In this document: positions 48,533 to 60,788 of the stretch, piece by piece
How the letters are laid out: each line of letters begins with the position of its first letter
How positions within the stretch are numbered: position 1 is the first letter of the stretch
Notes under the pieces: generated by a model
The model's database searches: none
The model's input: only the letters and a program-made list of their open reading frames with translations
Told to the model about the DNA's origin: nothing
Source of the DNA: Entomortierella parvispora E1425
Lineage: Eukaryota > Fungi > Mortierellomycota
Reading direction: 5' to 3'
NCBI GenBank assembly: GCA_020891255.1
Contig: BQFW01000004.1
Coordinates: 186,001 to 250,000, forward strand
DNA: 64,000 bases
Made by a program: the position numbers and the translations under genes

Positions 48533-51500
48533 TTACATGTAGCCATAGGGGTTGTAGTCGTTCATGCCAATCATGCCAACGTTCCCAAAGTGGTTGTTCA
48601 TGTTGGGGAATCCGAATCCCATCATGTTGCCGTTCATGTTGTTGCCGTTGACGCCGCCGTTCATACCGTTCATAGCGTTGTTGACACCGTTCATGCCGTT
48701 CATGCCATTGTTGACGGCTCCGTTCATACCGTTCATACCGTTGTTAACGCCGTTCATGCCATTGACACCGACAGAGACGCCCATGGTGCCGTTCATCGAT
48801 GCCATGTTGCCCATACCGGCCATGCTCATGCCGCCGTTCAGGCCAACATTGTTCATGTTGCCCATACCGCCGTTGGTCATGGAGCCGTTCATGCCCATGC
48901 TGTTCATTCCAAGGCCGTTGTGTCCGTGGCCAACACCTCCGTGACCGTGGCCGACGCCACCATGGTTGGGCATGCCGTTCATGGTGTTCATTCCCATGGC
49001 ACCGTTCATGTTCATGCCATTCAGGACTCCCATGCCGTTGTTCATGCCGTTCATACCCATAGGTCCGCTCAAAGCCATATGGTTCATCGAGTTGTTGACG
49101 GCCGACATTTGGTCACGGTGGAGCTTGCCCTGGATACGTTTGCCGTAAGGGGTATTGCGGATCGCAGGCAAAAGAGGGCGGATACACTCGACAAGTTGCT
49201 GACGTTGGATGGGGTCAGCAAAGTCCAACGAAGTCTGGACCACATAGTTGGCGTATGAGTCCCTCAGAAGCTTGTCCAGGCGTGTCTTGTTGATCATCTC
49301 CTCGATCAAAAACTTGCGGGTGTCTGGCTCAGCCACGCGAATACACTGTCGAGAATAAGGCAGTGAGATGTTAGTATCATAAGGTTTACAACGCGACAAG
49401 GCAATCATTAGTTTCCATGACATAGATGATGTTACCTTCTCCATGACGTTGGAACTGAACTTTTGGACAGAGAGCACGCAGACGTTGCTGATGAAGCGGC
49501 GGATCAGTGCATCTGTGAATCTCGAGTCAGCCAGATCCAAAACGTACTGGACAACATAGTTGCCATAGGGGTCCTGCACCAAGGTCAAGGCGTTGTACGT
49601 AATTTCACGCACAAGCTGAATCTTTTGAGAGACAGAGGCATGATCGATGCAACGCTGAAGGACGCAGCAGCCATGACGGTGGGTGGCGACTTCGACACAG
49701 TGGGCACTGATGGCGTTATAGATGAACTGGTTGTCTTCGGACGCAAACCGGTTCAAGCACTTTTGAATGACATGGTTGCCGTTCAAGTCCTTAATCAACG
49801 TCACCACAGAGGGGTTCAAGGCAACGACAACGATCGCAATCTGCTGAGGGGTCGACAGGAACTCGATCATCTTCTGGACAGCCCGAGTACCATGCATGTT
49901 GAGTGAAATGTTGACCAACTCGGGGGCAACATTCTCCACAATGATGGTACGCTGTTCATCTCCACAAAACTCGAGAAGTTTCTGGCAGAGGTAGTTCCCA
50001 AAAGGATCTAAAAGTCAGGCAATTGAGGGTGTGAGTGAGGACATGGTTCATTTTAGCCATAGAGTATGTCGTCGTTCAAAGCACAATTTAAGGGGTTCTT
50101 TTCTCTTACCAGTCATAAGCTCCACAAAGTGACCAAAGACCTCACCAAAGATAATGGCAAGGTACTTTTCGTTTTGTTCCTCGAGCTTCTTTTGCAAGTA
50201 TCTGCATCCGTGCTGATCCTTGCAAAGCGAGTAAATCTGACCGACAAAGCTCTCCAATGCCGCGCCGGCAAAGCGGTTCGCTTCCACATCGGCAGGGGCA
50301 CGCTTCTGGTTCGCCTTGTTAGCAAGGGCAATGCTGTTGTTGGACTGCTGCTGCTGCTGTTGCTGTTGCTGCTGTTGCTGCTGTTGAGGTTGTTGTTGCT
50401 GTTGCTGCAGACGAAGCAGGCTGTTGGAGCTGGCCGAGCTCGTGTTGCTAAATGCGCTCGACGAGACGTTGAAGGGGAATCCAGCGGCGTTGGCAAGCGA
50501 ACTGTTCGAGGCGCCGCCACCGACTGATCCATTGACACGGGCGTAGAAGGATGCCGAACCGTTGGCCATGGTGCCAACAGACATGCCCAAACCGGGGCTG
50601 AGGGGCATGCCAGCGGAGGAAGTGCGCGAGGTGCTGGGGAGGACATGGGTATGAACGTAGGGGCAAAGGTCACCTCGAGGACAGTAGCCTGCCTGGAACT
50701 GCAGACAAATATCGCTGGTGTTCATATCCGAAGAGGACTTGATCATCAGGTTTTGATGGTCTGACTCCAGCTCATCAAACGCCGACATGGATGATCCCTT
50801 GCTGAAGCGCGCAGGGATCTCTGAGGTCGAGTAGGACGACGTCAGCTTGGGCAAGGCCGACTTGAGCGATTCCTCAGGGTTGGTGGCGTTGCTGCTGTTG
50901 TTGTTGTTGTTGTTGGTCAAGCCATAGCCGACAAGGCTGTTGGTACGCTGAGGCATGTGTGGGGCAGTAGGGATGCGGTCCGTGAGAGGCTTGCTGTACT
51001 GGGGCCACTCAGAGGTGCGTCCAGAGTCATGACCTCCTGGGTGACGCAGTCCTGAAGAGTGAGGGATCTTGGCAAGGTCCAACGCGCTCGAAGAGGTCGA
51101 CAGCTGGAGAGAGAGAGAGAAGTAAAGCGTCCTATCGTTAGCAACAGAGCATGCTGTTGTCAAGTCAATCAACAAAGAAAATGTCCTTACCATGGTGGGG
51201 AAGCTGTCGTCATCGCTCATTTGGAGGTAACGGTGAAGATACGAGGTTGTGCTGCTGTTGCCGAGTCCAGAGGTTCCGACTCCAAGGACCTGCTTATCGT
51301 TCCAGATGCCATCGTCGTGGAGGACACGGTTCATCTGCAGAGAGGGCAGGCGGCTGTCGTTGTCATCCTCAAAGATGAAGCGCTCCGTGTACTTTGAAAG
51401 ATGGGCGTTGTCAGCAAAGGTCGACTCGGAAGGCGAGGGACTGTCATCCCTGCCGGGCGCGACTCCAGAGCGTTTGCCACCAATCTTGGGCAGTCTATTG

Positions 51501-52159
51501 TGAGGGAGGACGAACAGAAGGATTAGCTTTCCAATGATAAAAGAGCAGACACTAGCAGAGGCACCAAGGAGAGCACATACTCATCGGAGGCCTTGCTGTT
51601 GCGGTCGCCAATGGACATCTTCTCCATCTCGCCCCAGAGATCAACAGCATCGTTCGAGTTGCGTCTCGACGAGGGCAGAGAGTGCAGGCTGGCGAGCGAG
51701 GCAGCATCCGAGGGGGCAGAGAACGATCCGAGCTTGGACGATTTGGCGAGTCCGGACGAGCTGCTGTTCTTGGCCAGCATGGCCTGCTCCTCCTGCAGCT
51801 GCTGGATCTCGAGCTGCTGCATCTGCTGCTCAAAGAGCTCGCGCTTCTTGATGCGCTGGCGCTCGTGCTCAAGACGCTTCTGCTCGAGTTTTTCGGCCTG
51901 CATGAAGCAAAGGTAAAAGGAGATGCAGGTGTTAATAACAAAGGTGGCATCTATGCACGGGTTCATGGGCCGAGAGAGGGAGGAAAGGTTCACTTACAAC
52001 CTCGCGATCTTCACGTTCTTGATCCGTCTCCTGGGCAGAGGCGGCTGCAGTGGTGTCGGCGAGTGGGGCAGAGCTCATGGAGCGGGACTGCCGTGGTTTG
52101 TGGACGGGGTCCTCGGTGGCGATGCCTTCCGAGGCATGCTTCTGGGATCTCATGGCCAT
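48533..52159 (-). CDS. PUF4: Puf4-type Pumilio-family RNA-binding protein, about 6 exons, with a CCCH finger and an M/N/G-rich tail
   Basis: Eight PUM repeats: DQHGCRYLQK, DPFGNYLCQK, NMHGTRAVQK, DLNGNHVIQK, HRHGCCVLQR, DPYGNYVVQY, QKFSSNVMEK, DSYANYVVQT. The recognition-residue pattern (T-R in repeat 3, C-C in repeat 5) matches yeast Puf4 as I recall it. Confidence 0.9.
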
Positions 52160-54291
52160 AGGTCTGGAAGAGGGTTCAATTGCGTGGGCACTTGAAGGAT
52201 CTGGCGGGTTTTGGTCTTTGCGGCACAGCGGTGGGGCTATGGGTCATTCACCAGTGATGGTAGAGAATAGATATCTTGCTTAAAAACTTGGATGTGATCT
52301 CGACAATGTGTAGTCTAGAGAAGAGACGGGAGGATTGTAAGTCAAACAGAGCAGACGGTCATAGGGAAGGGCAAGGCAGGGAAGGGCAAGGCAGGGCAGA
52401 GCAGGATGGGGTGACGCTGGGATAGAATAGGGCCAGGGGGAAAACATGGGAAAAGGGGATTATTAAGAGCCCTCGGTAGTAGGGCGCGTGTATAGCACGA
52501 TGTATGGCCTTGCCCACAGGCAAAGGACGCTGTGGCACGCGCGAAGGAGAAAAGGTGGCTGAGGAAGAGGAGGGAGGGCGGACATGGAGGGACATGGAGG
52601 CAGCAAGGGCTGTCGGCCCATGGAGACACATACAGCCACCCACACACATGTCAACAAAGATAACGTGGAACCTTGACGCAGACTGCAACACGGCAACAGG
52701 AGGGAAAGAAAGAGTACAGGCAGAGAAAGGACTGGCGGCGAGGGAAGGGGGGGGGGGGACTGAGGTAAAGAAAGAAAAAATTGAGAGCGGGGCGGGATAA
52801 AAAGAGGTGAACGAACACAAACAGGGACATGGGACTGTTGGTTCGTGTCGTCGTTATCAAGGAAAGCAAGGACGACAGGAGAAGGGCAAAGGAGGTCCTT
52901 TTTCGGCCGGGGCGGGGTGCGCTGGTGCGGGGCAGGACAGCGCAGGCCAGGGCTTGCACAAAAAGGGTCGAAGAATCCGGACGGGGGAGGGACGTGGGGG
53001 AAGAGGCACTGGCGTTGGTCAAACTTACCAATAGAGGAGATCTTGACAAGCAAGGGTCGGAAGGATTTGATTGTTTCTTTGGTACTTTTTTTTTGGTTGA
53101 TGCTCTCACTCTTTTCTTTGGTCAACTGGATCAATCAGAGGAAAGAAGAAGGTGGTAGGATCGAATTGAAGGTGTTTTTTTTTAAAATTAAAACTGGATG
53201 GAGAAGAAGACAAAAAAAAGGATGGACACACGGGTCATGTACAAAGGGGGAGAAGAGGACAAAAAAATGAAGGGCAGGCGTGTTGTTTTTGAAGGCTGTT
53301 CGTTCACTGGGAAGGAAAACGAGACAAGGGGGGGATTGAAAGAGAGATACACTTACACACTTACACTACACTACACTACTTACAGGAACAGAAGCAAGAA
53401 GGGGAAAGAAGAAGAAGGGGGATATGAATAAGGAATAATGAACAGAAATAAGGAACAGAGGAGGTGTACAAGAAGGATGGTCGGATGAAAGATGAAGGGA
53501 AGGGGGGAATGGTAAAATACAAATTGTACAGAGTGGGGGGGAAGAGGGGAGGGAGGAGAGGGACAAAAGCGGATTCAGTCAGCGAATGCGATCAATGATT
53601 GAAGGGTGAGGTGTGGAGGGAGAAGGAAGAAGAAAGAAGAAAAGAGCGAAAGAGGAAGAAGAGAAAAAAAAAAAAAAAATGTGGGTAGGGATTTTTTTTT
53701 TTTTTTTTGGTTCACAAGAATCAATGCTCGCTATGCGGGTGGACCAAGAGGCAGGGCTGCGACTCGGGGATTAGCGAGGATTCGGATGAAGAGAAGGGGA
53801 TGGAGCGGTGCGTCCGAAGGTGATGGAGGGAGCAAAGAGGGAGGAGAGAAGGAAGAAAGAGAGAAAGAGAAGGGAAGCGAGGGGGCAGCGAAGGGGCCGT
53901 GAAGGCTGGAGACACACACAACACACACAACACACAGAGAGGCTTCCTTGCGCCTTAGCCTGGCAAAAAAGAGGCTTCAAAGGCCGTCCGGCGTGCAGCT
54001 CTGCTTGCTCTCCTTCTCACTCACTCCACGGGAATCAAAACAAAGTCCATTGGCGGAGTGTGTTGTTTTCACGTACATCTTCCTTCATGTACGCAGACAC
54101 CCGCCGATCTTCCCCCTCTCTCACCGTCTGCCTTTGCACGTCAACAAAACCACGCTCAAACATACGCCACGCTATCACCTCCCTGGACACTCCCACGGCT
54201 ATTCCATGCGCTGCGGTGTTTGGGCCAGTTCTTACAAAGAGTGCATGCAGTGCCTCTTTGCCCCTTCTTTCCATGCCGATTTGTAGTTTAT

Positions 54292-54988
54292 TTAGTTCTT
54301 GCGATCCTCGACCATGATCACATGGTATCCGTGCTGGGTCTTGACGGGTGGATCTGTGTAGATGGGCTTGGCTGTGGTACTGGGCTGCAATTGGAATGCT
54401 GCATCCTGGAAAGCGCCGACCATCGAACCTATAATTGAACGGGGGAGGTCTTTATGAGTATCGACTTTGTCAAGGAAAAAAAAATAAGAGTCAAAATCAA
54501 CTGCAATCACATACCTCGAACCATCCATCCAAGACTGCCGCCTTCCTTTGCCTTGTCCTCACTGTAGGCTTCTGCCACCTATAAAAAAAACAGAGATAGA
54601 CGGGGCACGAGTCAGCTACAATCCTCAATATTTTCGTCCGCGTGCTTTGCTCGTTCCAATTGCACTGTATTTACCTTGTTGAAGGAGATGCCCGACTTGA
54701 TCTTCTCGATGGCCTCCAGCGCTTTGCTTTGTTTCTCACAGAGGATGTGGCGGACCTTGATGCTGTTGGCGGTCTTCAAGGCCTTTCCTCCCTTGGAATC
54801 GTCATCTACAGGCGAGATATGGGTACTTTAGTCGATCTGAAGGATAGTAGGGTATTCTCTTCGGAGTGAGACGCAGCACAAATGCATGCATCTTAAAAAT
54901 GAGTTAATGGATTTTTCATCATACCATCGTTGTTTCCCTTCTTGCCTTTGGCGGCGGGGGCCTTCTTGTTGGCGGGCTTTGGTGGCAT
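54292..54988 (-). CDS. PIN4: Parvulin-type peptidyl-prolyl isomerase Pin4/Par14, 4 exons
   Basis: Basic N-terminus [18 protein letters not shown], then [37 protein letters not shown]|[28 protein letters not shown]. Confidence 0.95.
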
Positions 54989-55264
54989 TCTGGTCTCTCT
55001 GCGTGCGTGTGGTGGGGCGTGGCGTGTGAATGGAAAGACTCGTGCAAGGTCTGTGCCAAGTTGGTGGCGCGACGCTAAGGAAAAAAAAAATGATGACGTC
55101 GACACTTTTCTGGGAGAGACGTGTGGAGCGGTCGCCTGCATGGTTTCTGCTTCCCTGTTTCTCCTATTCGTCCCCATCCAAGTCCATCGCCATCGTCCCC
55201 AGGAAGCAATCGAAGTAGCACCCACCCCAGCAATCACACGACAACCAAGGAATCACGGACAGCT
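54989..55264. promoter_or_regulatory. Compact bidirectional promoter (PIN4/SCD6)
   Basis: Divergent ATGs are separated by 276 bp. Confidence 0.5.
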
Positions 55265-56998
55265 ATGAGCGAAGGCGGTTACATTGGCTCGAAGATCAGT
55301 TTGATCTCGCGCTCTGACATTCGCTATGTCGGAATCTTGCACCATCTTAACCCCACCGACTCGACTGTGGCTCTGGAGCAAGGTAATGCAACGATTAAAC
55401 TTGTTGTCAACCTTTGCTGGATGTGAAATGGAGATACGAGCAAAGAGAACATGTCCCGCCACCTGCATTTTAGGGCTCATCGTGCTCATTGCTAACCACT
55501 ACAAACTCTTGTCCCAAATGGTGATTGCTGACTCTAGTCAAGTCCTATGGAACTGAGGGACGCCGTGGCAACCCTGCAGAGGAGATTCCCCCCAATGACA
55601 ACATCTTTGAGTACATTGTCTTTCGTGGGTCGGACGTGAAGGATCTCCATGTCTGTGAGCCTCCTGCACCCCAGCCTCCAGCGCGCCCCCAGGTTCCCGA
55701 TGACCCAGCCATTCTTGGAGTGAGTGGATATTTTATTATTTGCTGTGAGAAGCAACATGTGTTTGATGCTTCTGTTTCTAATTGCTACTTCCTATTGCTT
55801 TGTTGCAGACCACCGCCCCTCCCAGCTACTACAACCAACACAGTCAAGCTCCTCCTGCTGGCTATTACCAGCAGCAACAGCCTCAGCAACCTGCCCAGGC
55901 TCAGTACCAACAGGCGCCTCAGACCTCCCAGGTAAGAGTTATCCCTGCCGTAACACTCGAATGTTGTGACATTCATCCATAGCTAATGAAGGAGTTTGGC
56001 CTATTATGTAGGAGGAGACTAAAGCCAAGGTCGCTGAGAAGGCTCAGGATCAGCATGGGAAGTCAGACTCGGATACCATTAAGCCTGCACCTCCACCTGC
56101 ACGCTCCACGCCCAAGACCCAGCCCCAGGAGCTCCGCAAGTCGGTCGAGATTCTTGCCAAGCAGGTTAGCGAGCTCAATGTCTCCAAGGATGCAACTGAG
56201 CCATCAGCTCACCAGGAGACGGACAACCGCTACAGCTCTCGTCTCCCTGGTATGGGAGGCCATTTGCTCAACTCGAACAGTAACCGTCGTGGTGGACGTG
56301 GCGGCCGCGGAGGTGCTCATGGTGCCATGAACAGTACCAGAGCTCCTGCTGTCCCTACATCCGATTTTGATTTTGAGACCTCCAATGCAAAGTTCCACAA
56401 GGATGAGCTCGCCAAGGAGGTTGGCAAGACTGAGGAGCATGCGGAGGAAGAGGAAGAGGAGGAGATTATCATTCCCCAGGCCGAAGAGTTTTATGACAGA
56501 TCCAAGTCGTTCTTTGACAACATTTCTTGCGAAACCAAGGAGCGTATGAACAAGGCCGAAGCTCAAAAGTAATTGACATTAGCAGGGTCTAGTTCAGTGG
56601 TTAATCGAGTATGAGAGAGTTATTGACTGATCATATTTGACATCTGTTCTAATAGTCAAGGAGGAAACCGCCTCAGCGTTCCTGAGAGACGCGCCAAGCA
56701 ATCAGAGGAGCGCCAGTTGAACTTGGAGACTTTTGGCCAGACCTCTGTTGACCAAGGACGCTTCCGCGGCGGATACCGTGGTGGATACCGCGGCAACTAC
56801 CGCAACGGTCCCCGTGGAGGAGGCGGATACCGTGGCGGATACAGCCACCACCACAATAGCAGCGGTGGTATGGGATACAACCAACGCGGTGGATACTATA
56901 ACAACAGTGGTTACCAGCACCATCAACAACAGCACCATCAGCACCATCAGCAACAGCAACAGCAGCAGCAGCAGCCACATCAGCAGCAGCAAGCATAG
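55265..56998 (+). CDS. SCD6: Scd6/LSM14 (RAP55) P-body translational repressor, 5 exons
   Basis: Lsm14 domain [20 protein letters not shown]...[10 protein letters not shown]...[17 protein letters not shown]; FDF motif ([13 protein letters not shown]), FFD box ([10 protein letters not shown]), TFG box (LNLETFG), RGG tail. Confidence 0.95.
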
Positions 56999-57402
56999 AC
57001 AATTGCTGCTTTGGGAAAGGACGACGAAGGACGGCCATGTTTTTTTTGAGCGAGTTTGTACAGTAATTTACGAGTTGAGAATGAAGTTATTGTCGATGAA
57101 TCGGGTCCCGGTGTGTTTATTTTAAATGAGAGAGGGGGGGGGGGGGGGGAGCTGATGGATGCTCATCTGTCCATAGGGCAACCTGCATGGGCCAGGGAGC
57201 AAAGGGGGAAGATGACCACACAAAAAAAATCTTGGCGCGTCGTAATTGTAATTAATAGATACGAGCACCGATGGATGGGCGCCGCCCCTCTTTCCTCTTC
57301 CATTTCTGCATTTCTTTTTTCTCTCGTTTACATTCTGCACTTTCACCCCCTATTCTCATCCAAGGTTCCTTCGACACCCAGCTCGACAGGATCACCCCCC
57401 TC

Positions 57403-60400
57403 ATGTACAGCAGCAGCGACATCAAGAGGCGCAATCCTGCCCCTCCCTCAACACGATTCGAGGGCGAGCTTCCACCGCGGCATGATTCCCTGGATGGATT
57501 CCACCAATCGGATTCTTACGCGCCAAATCCGCTCAAGCCAGCGTTCCAGCAACATTCATTCCAGCAGCAACAGCACAGTCAAGGACACCATTCACAGCAT
57601 AGAGACCACGGGCTTTATCGTGCTCCGGAACGGAGAGTCTACTCCTCCAACAAGGTAATAATGAAAAAAAAAATAGAGCAGACCGTTGACGCCCCCTCGC
57701 CCCTGTACATGTACAGCCTGCTTCCTCTCCCGCGCCCTCTTCCATCGTGTACCGATCAGCGGAAGGGCAGTTTTTCATGGTTTTCACGGGCATGTGTATT
57801 GAGAGCGAGGCACAACCGCCTGAAGTCTTCTTTCTGTTGGGACGGGCGGGTCGATACCCAACTTCCCCGGGCTCTTTCGTTTTTTGCCTGTCGTCTAACA
57901 GAGGATATCGTTCAATTGGATTGTCGGGCGGCCGGTCCAAAATAGTACATTGCTTTCTGGCAGCAGAATGATTCGATCTTAATCCCAGCGATCCTGACGT
58001 TACTCGCTTTTTGGACCCGTTTCCGGGATATCAAGTCATCCGACTTTGTCGTCTGGGACGAGGTAATGTTCTAGTGCTGGCTTTGAGATGCGTGTAGCAA
58101 ACAACTATGACATGGTGGATCGGCGTGTCTGACAATCAAAGCCGTTCGTTCCCTTTGCCCCTTCTCATCTATTTCATCACACAGGCTCACTTTGGCAAGG
58201 TAATGGATAAAACCGTGCGGATGTTGACTGGACATTGGAAGGACCCTGGACAAACGAGTCTTTCAGTGTCCCATATGCAAACCAAACACAGCGCCAGAAA
58301 GACAAACAATTGTCAGTCGAACCCAGCCCCGCTAATCCTCCTCCCGATCGGGCTGCTGTACGCCTTTTCCTTTTTCGAATTTTTTTTTTTCGCAACGCTG
58401 GAATAGTTTGGTTCCTACTACATCAAGGGCGAGTTTTACTTTGATGTCCATCCACCCCTGGGCAAGATGCTGGTTGGACTTTCTGGTGTACTTGCAGGAT
58501 ATGACGGATCATTTGAGTTTGGATCGGGCGCCAAGTATCCCGACATGAACTTTGGCTTCATGCGCATCTTCAATGCGTTCTTTGGAGCCGTCATGGTGCC
58601 ACTCGCTTACTGGACTGCTCAAGAGCTCAGAATGTCACAGATCGCCTGTGCCTTTGCTGCGACTCTGGTTCTCTTTGACAATGCGTACATTTCCATCAGT
58701 CGTTTTATCCTTCTGGACTCGATGTTGTTGGCCTCGACCTGCTTTGTGCTTTTCTGTCTCACCAGGTTCAAAAACGAACGTCATGAGTAAGTCTCAGTGT
58801 CCTAGTTGGGAAACCTGATTCCTGTCTCCGATTCGCTTTTTTTATTTTTGGTTTTGTTTTTATAGGGACTAAAAGGATTATTCTTCTGTTGACAATTAGT
58901 GCTTTCTCACTGGACTGGTGGTTGTGGTTGGCAATGACAGGTGTCGCAATCGGCATTGTTTCCAGTATCAAGTGGGTTGGACTCTTTGTCACAGCTTTGG
59001 TCGGACTGGTAAATCATTTTTGTCGTGAAGACTCTTTCTGGAGTGGGATCTTGACGCCAAGGGCAAGTGATTAACAGCCTTTATATTGGGACCACTCTCC
59101 TTTAGTACACCGTCGAGGAACTCTGGGATTTGTTTGGAGACCTTAGTTTGCCAAAGGTACTGTATTTATGTACTTTACTCTCAAGAGGCTCAGACTGATG
59201 TGCAGTTCAATTGACACTTTGTTTTGATTGAGCATAGACCACATATCTCAAGCACTGGGTGGCTCGTGCGGCTTGTCTGATTGCTTTGCCATTCGCTGTT
59301 TATGTTGCATCCTTTGCGCTTCACTTTGCCATCTTGCGCAACAGCGGACCCGGCGACGCTCAGATGAGCTCCTTGTTCCAAGCTGGACTTCATGGCAACG
59401 ATTTCAAGAGCAATCCTCTGGAAGTAGCATTTGGATCCAAGGTCACCATCAAGAACGTTGGATATGGAGGTGGACTCTTGCATTCTCATGTGCAGACCTA
59501 CCCCGAAGGCTCTGGTCAGCAACAGGTGACATGCTATCATCACAAGGACAGCAACAACCACTGGATTTTCAACAAGCCCCATGGCCAGTCTTTGGATGCG
59601 GAGGAGATCCGCATTGTTCGCAATGGCGATATTGTTCGATTGGCACATGAGCAAACCAACCGCAACCTCCACAGTCATCGCGTCAAGGCGCCAGTGACCA
59701 CTGGACAGTTTGAAGTCAGTGCTTATGGTAGTGACGAGGTGGGCGACATCAATGATGAATGGGTGGTGGAGATTGCAGATGAACAGAGCTCGCACCCCAG
59801 AGACGGTACCCTGCGCTCCTTGACAACTACTTTCCGATTGAGACATCGTATTGTGGGCTGCCTGTTGACGGCAGAGAATGTGAACTTGCCTCAATGGGGT
59901 TTCCGTCAGATCGAGGTGACATGCGACCAGCGTAACCGCACCAACTCGCCCTTCTCCACCTGGAACATTGAGCAGCACTGGAACGAGAAGCGTAAGTGGA
60001 AGAACTTCTCTTTTTCTGACTTTGATTCTCTGTTCAGGTGAAAATGGTGTATTAACCTCGATTTTCCATCTTTTTTTTTATTTTTTTTATTTTTTTTTAT
60101 TTTTTTTATTGAACATCTAGTGCCCGCTGGCGGGGAATCTCAGTACCGGTCTAAATTCTGGAAGGACTTTTGGCACTTGAACGTGGCAATGATGACATCC
60201 AACAACGCGTTGATTCCCGATCCTGACAAGGAGGATATCCTGGCCTCGAACCCTAGCCAGTGGCCTTTTCTGGCGGTCGGTTTGCGCATGTGTGGATGGG
60301 GCGATGATCAGATCAAGTTTTACTTGCTCGGCAACCCAATCGTGTGGTGGAGTGGCACGATCTCGATTTTGGCCTTTGGAACCATGTTTGCGTTTTACAT

Positions 60401-60788
60401 TATCCGTCGTCAGCGCAAGTTCCAGGATATCTCGCCTTTGGATTGGGAGCAGTTCCAGTCGGCGGGCAAGCTGTTGGTGGGCGGTTGGTTCCTGCATTAC
60501 ATTCCCTTTTGTGTGATGGGTCGCGTGACGTACTTGCACCATTACTTCCCGGCGCTGTACTTTTCATTGCTGTTGTGCAGTTTCTTGCTGGATCATACAC
60601 TCCGTCGAGTGAGCCCCCGGACCCGAACGGCTGTGTGGGCCGTGGCGTTCGCGGCTGTGACATTGACGTTTTTGTGGTTCTGGGACGCGACTTATGGCAT
60701 CCATGGACCCGCCAACGATATGAAGAACCGTCAGTGGCGCGCGGCTTGGAACATTGTGGATGATCACAAGCCCAACAGCTTCATGTAG
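57403..60788 (+). CDS. PMT2: Dolichyl-phosphate-mannose:protein O-mannosyltransferase, PMT2 subfamily, about 8 exons including a 15-nt microexon
   Basis: VVWDE|AHFGK|FGSYYIKGEFYFDVHPPLGKML, RFILLDSML, SIKWVGLF; MIR domains (LLHSHVQTYPEGSGQQQVTCYHHKD, RNLHSH, FRLRH); C-terminal RVTYLHHYFPALYF. Confidence 0.93.
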
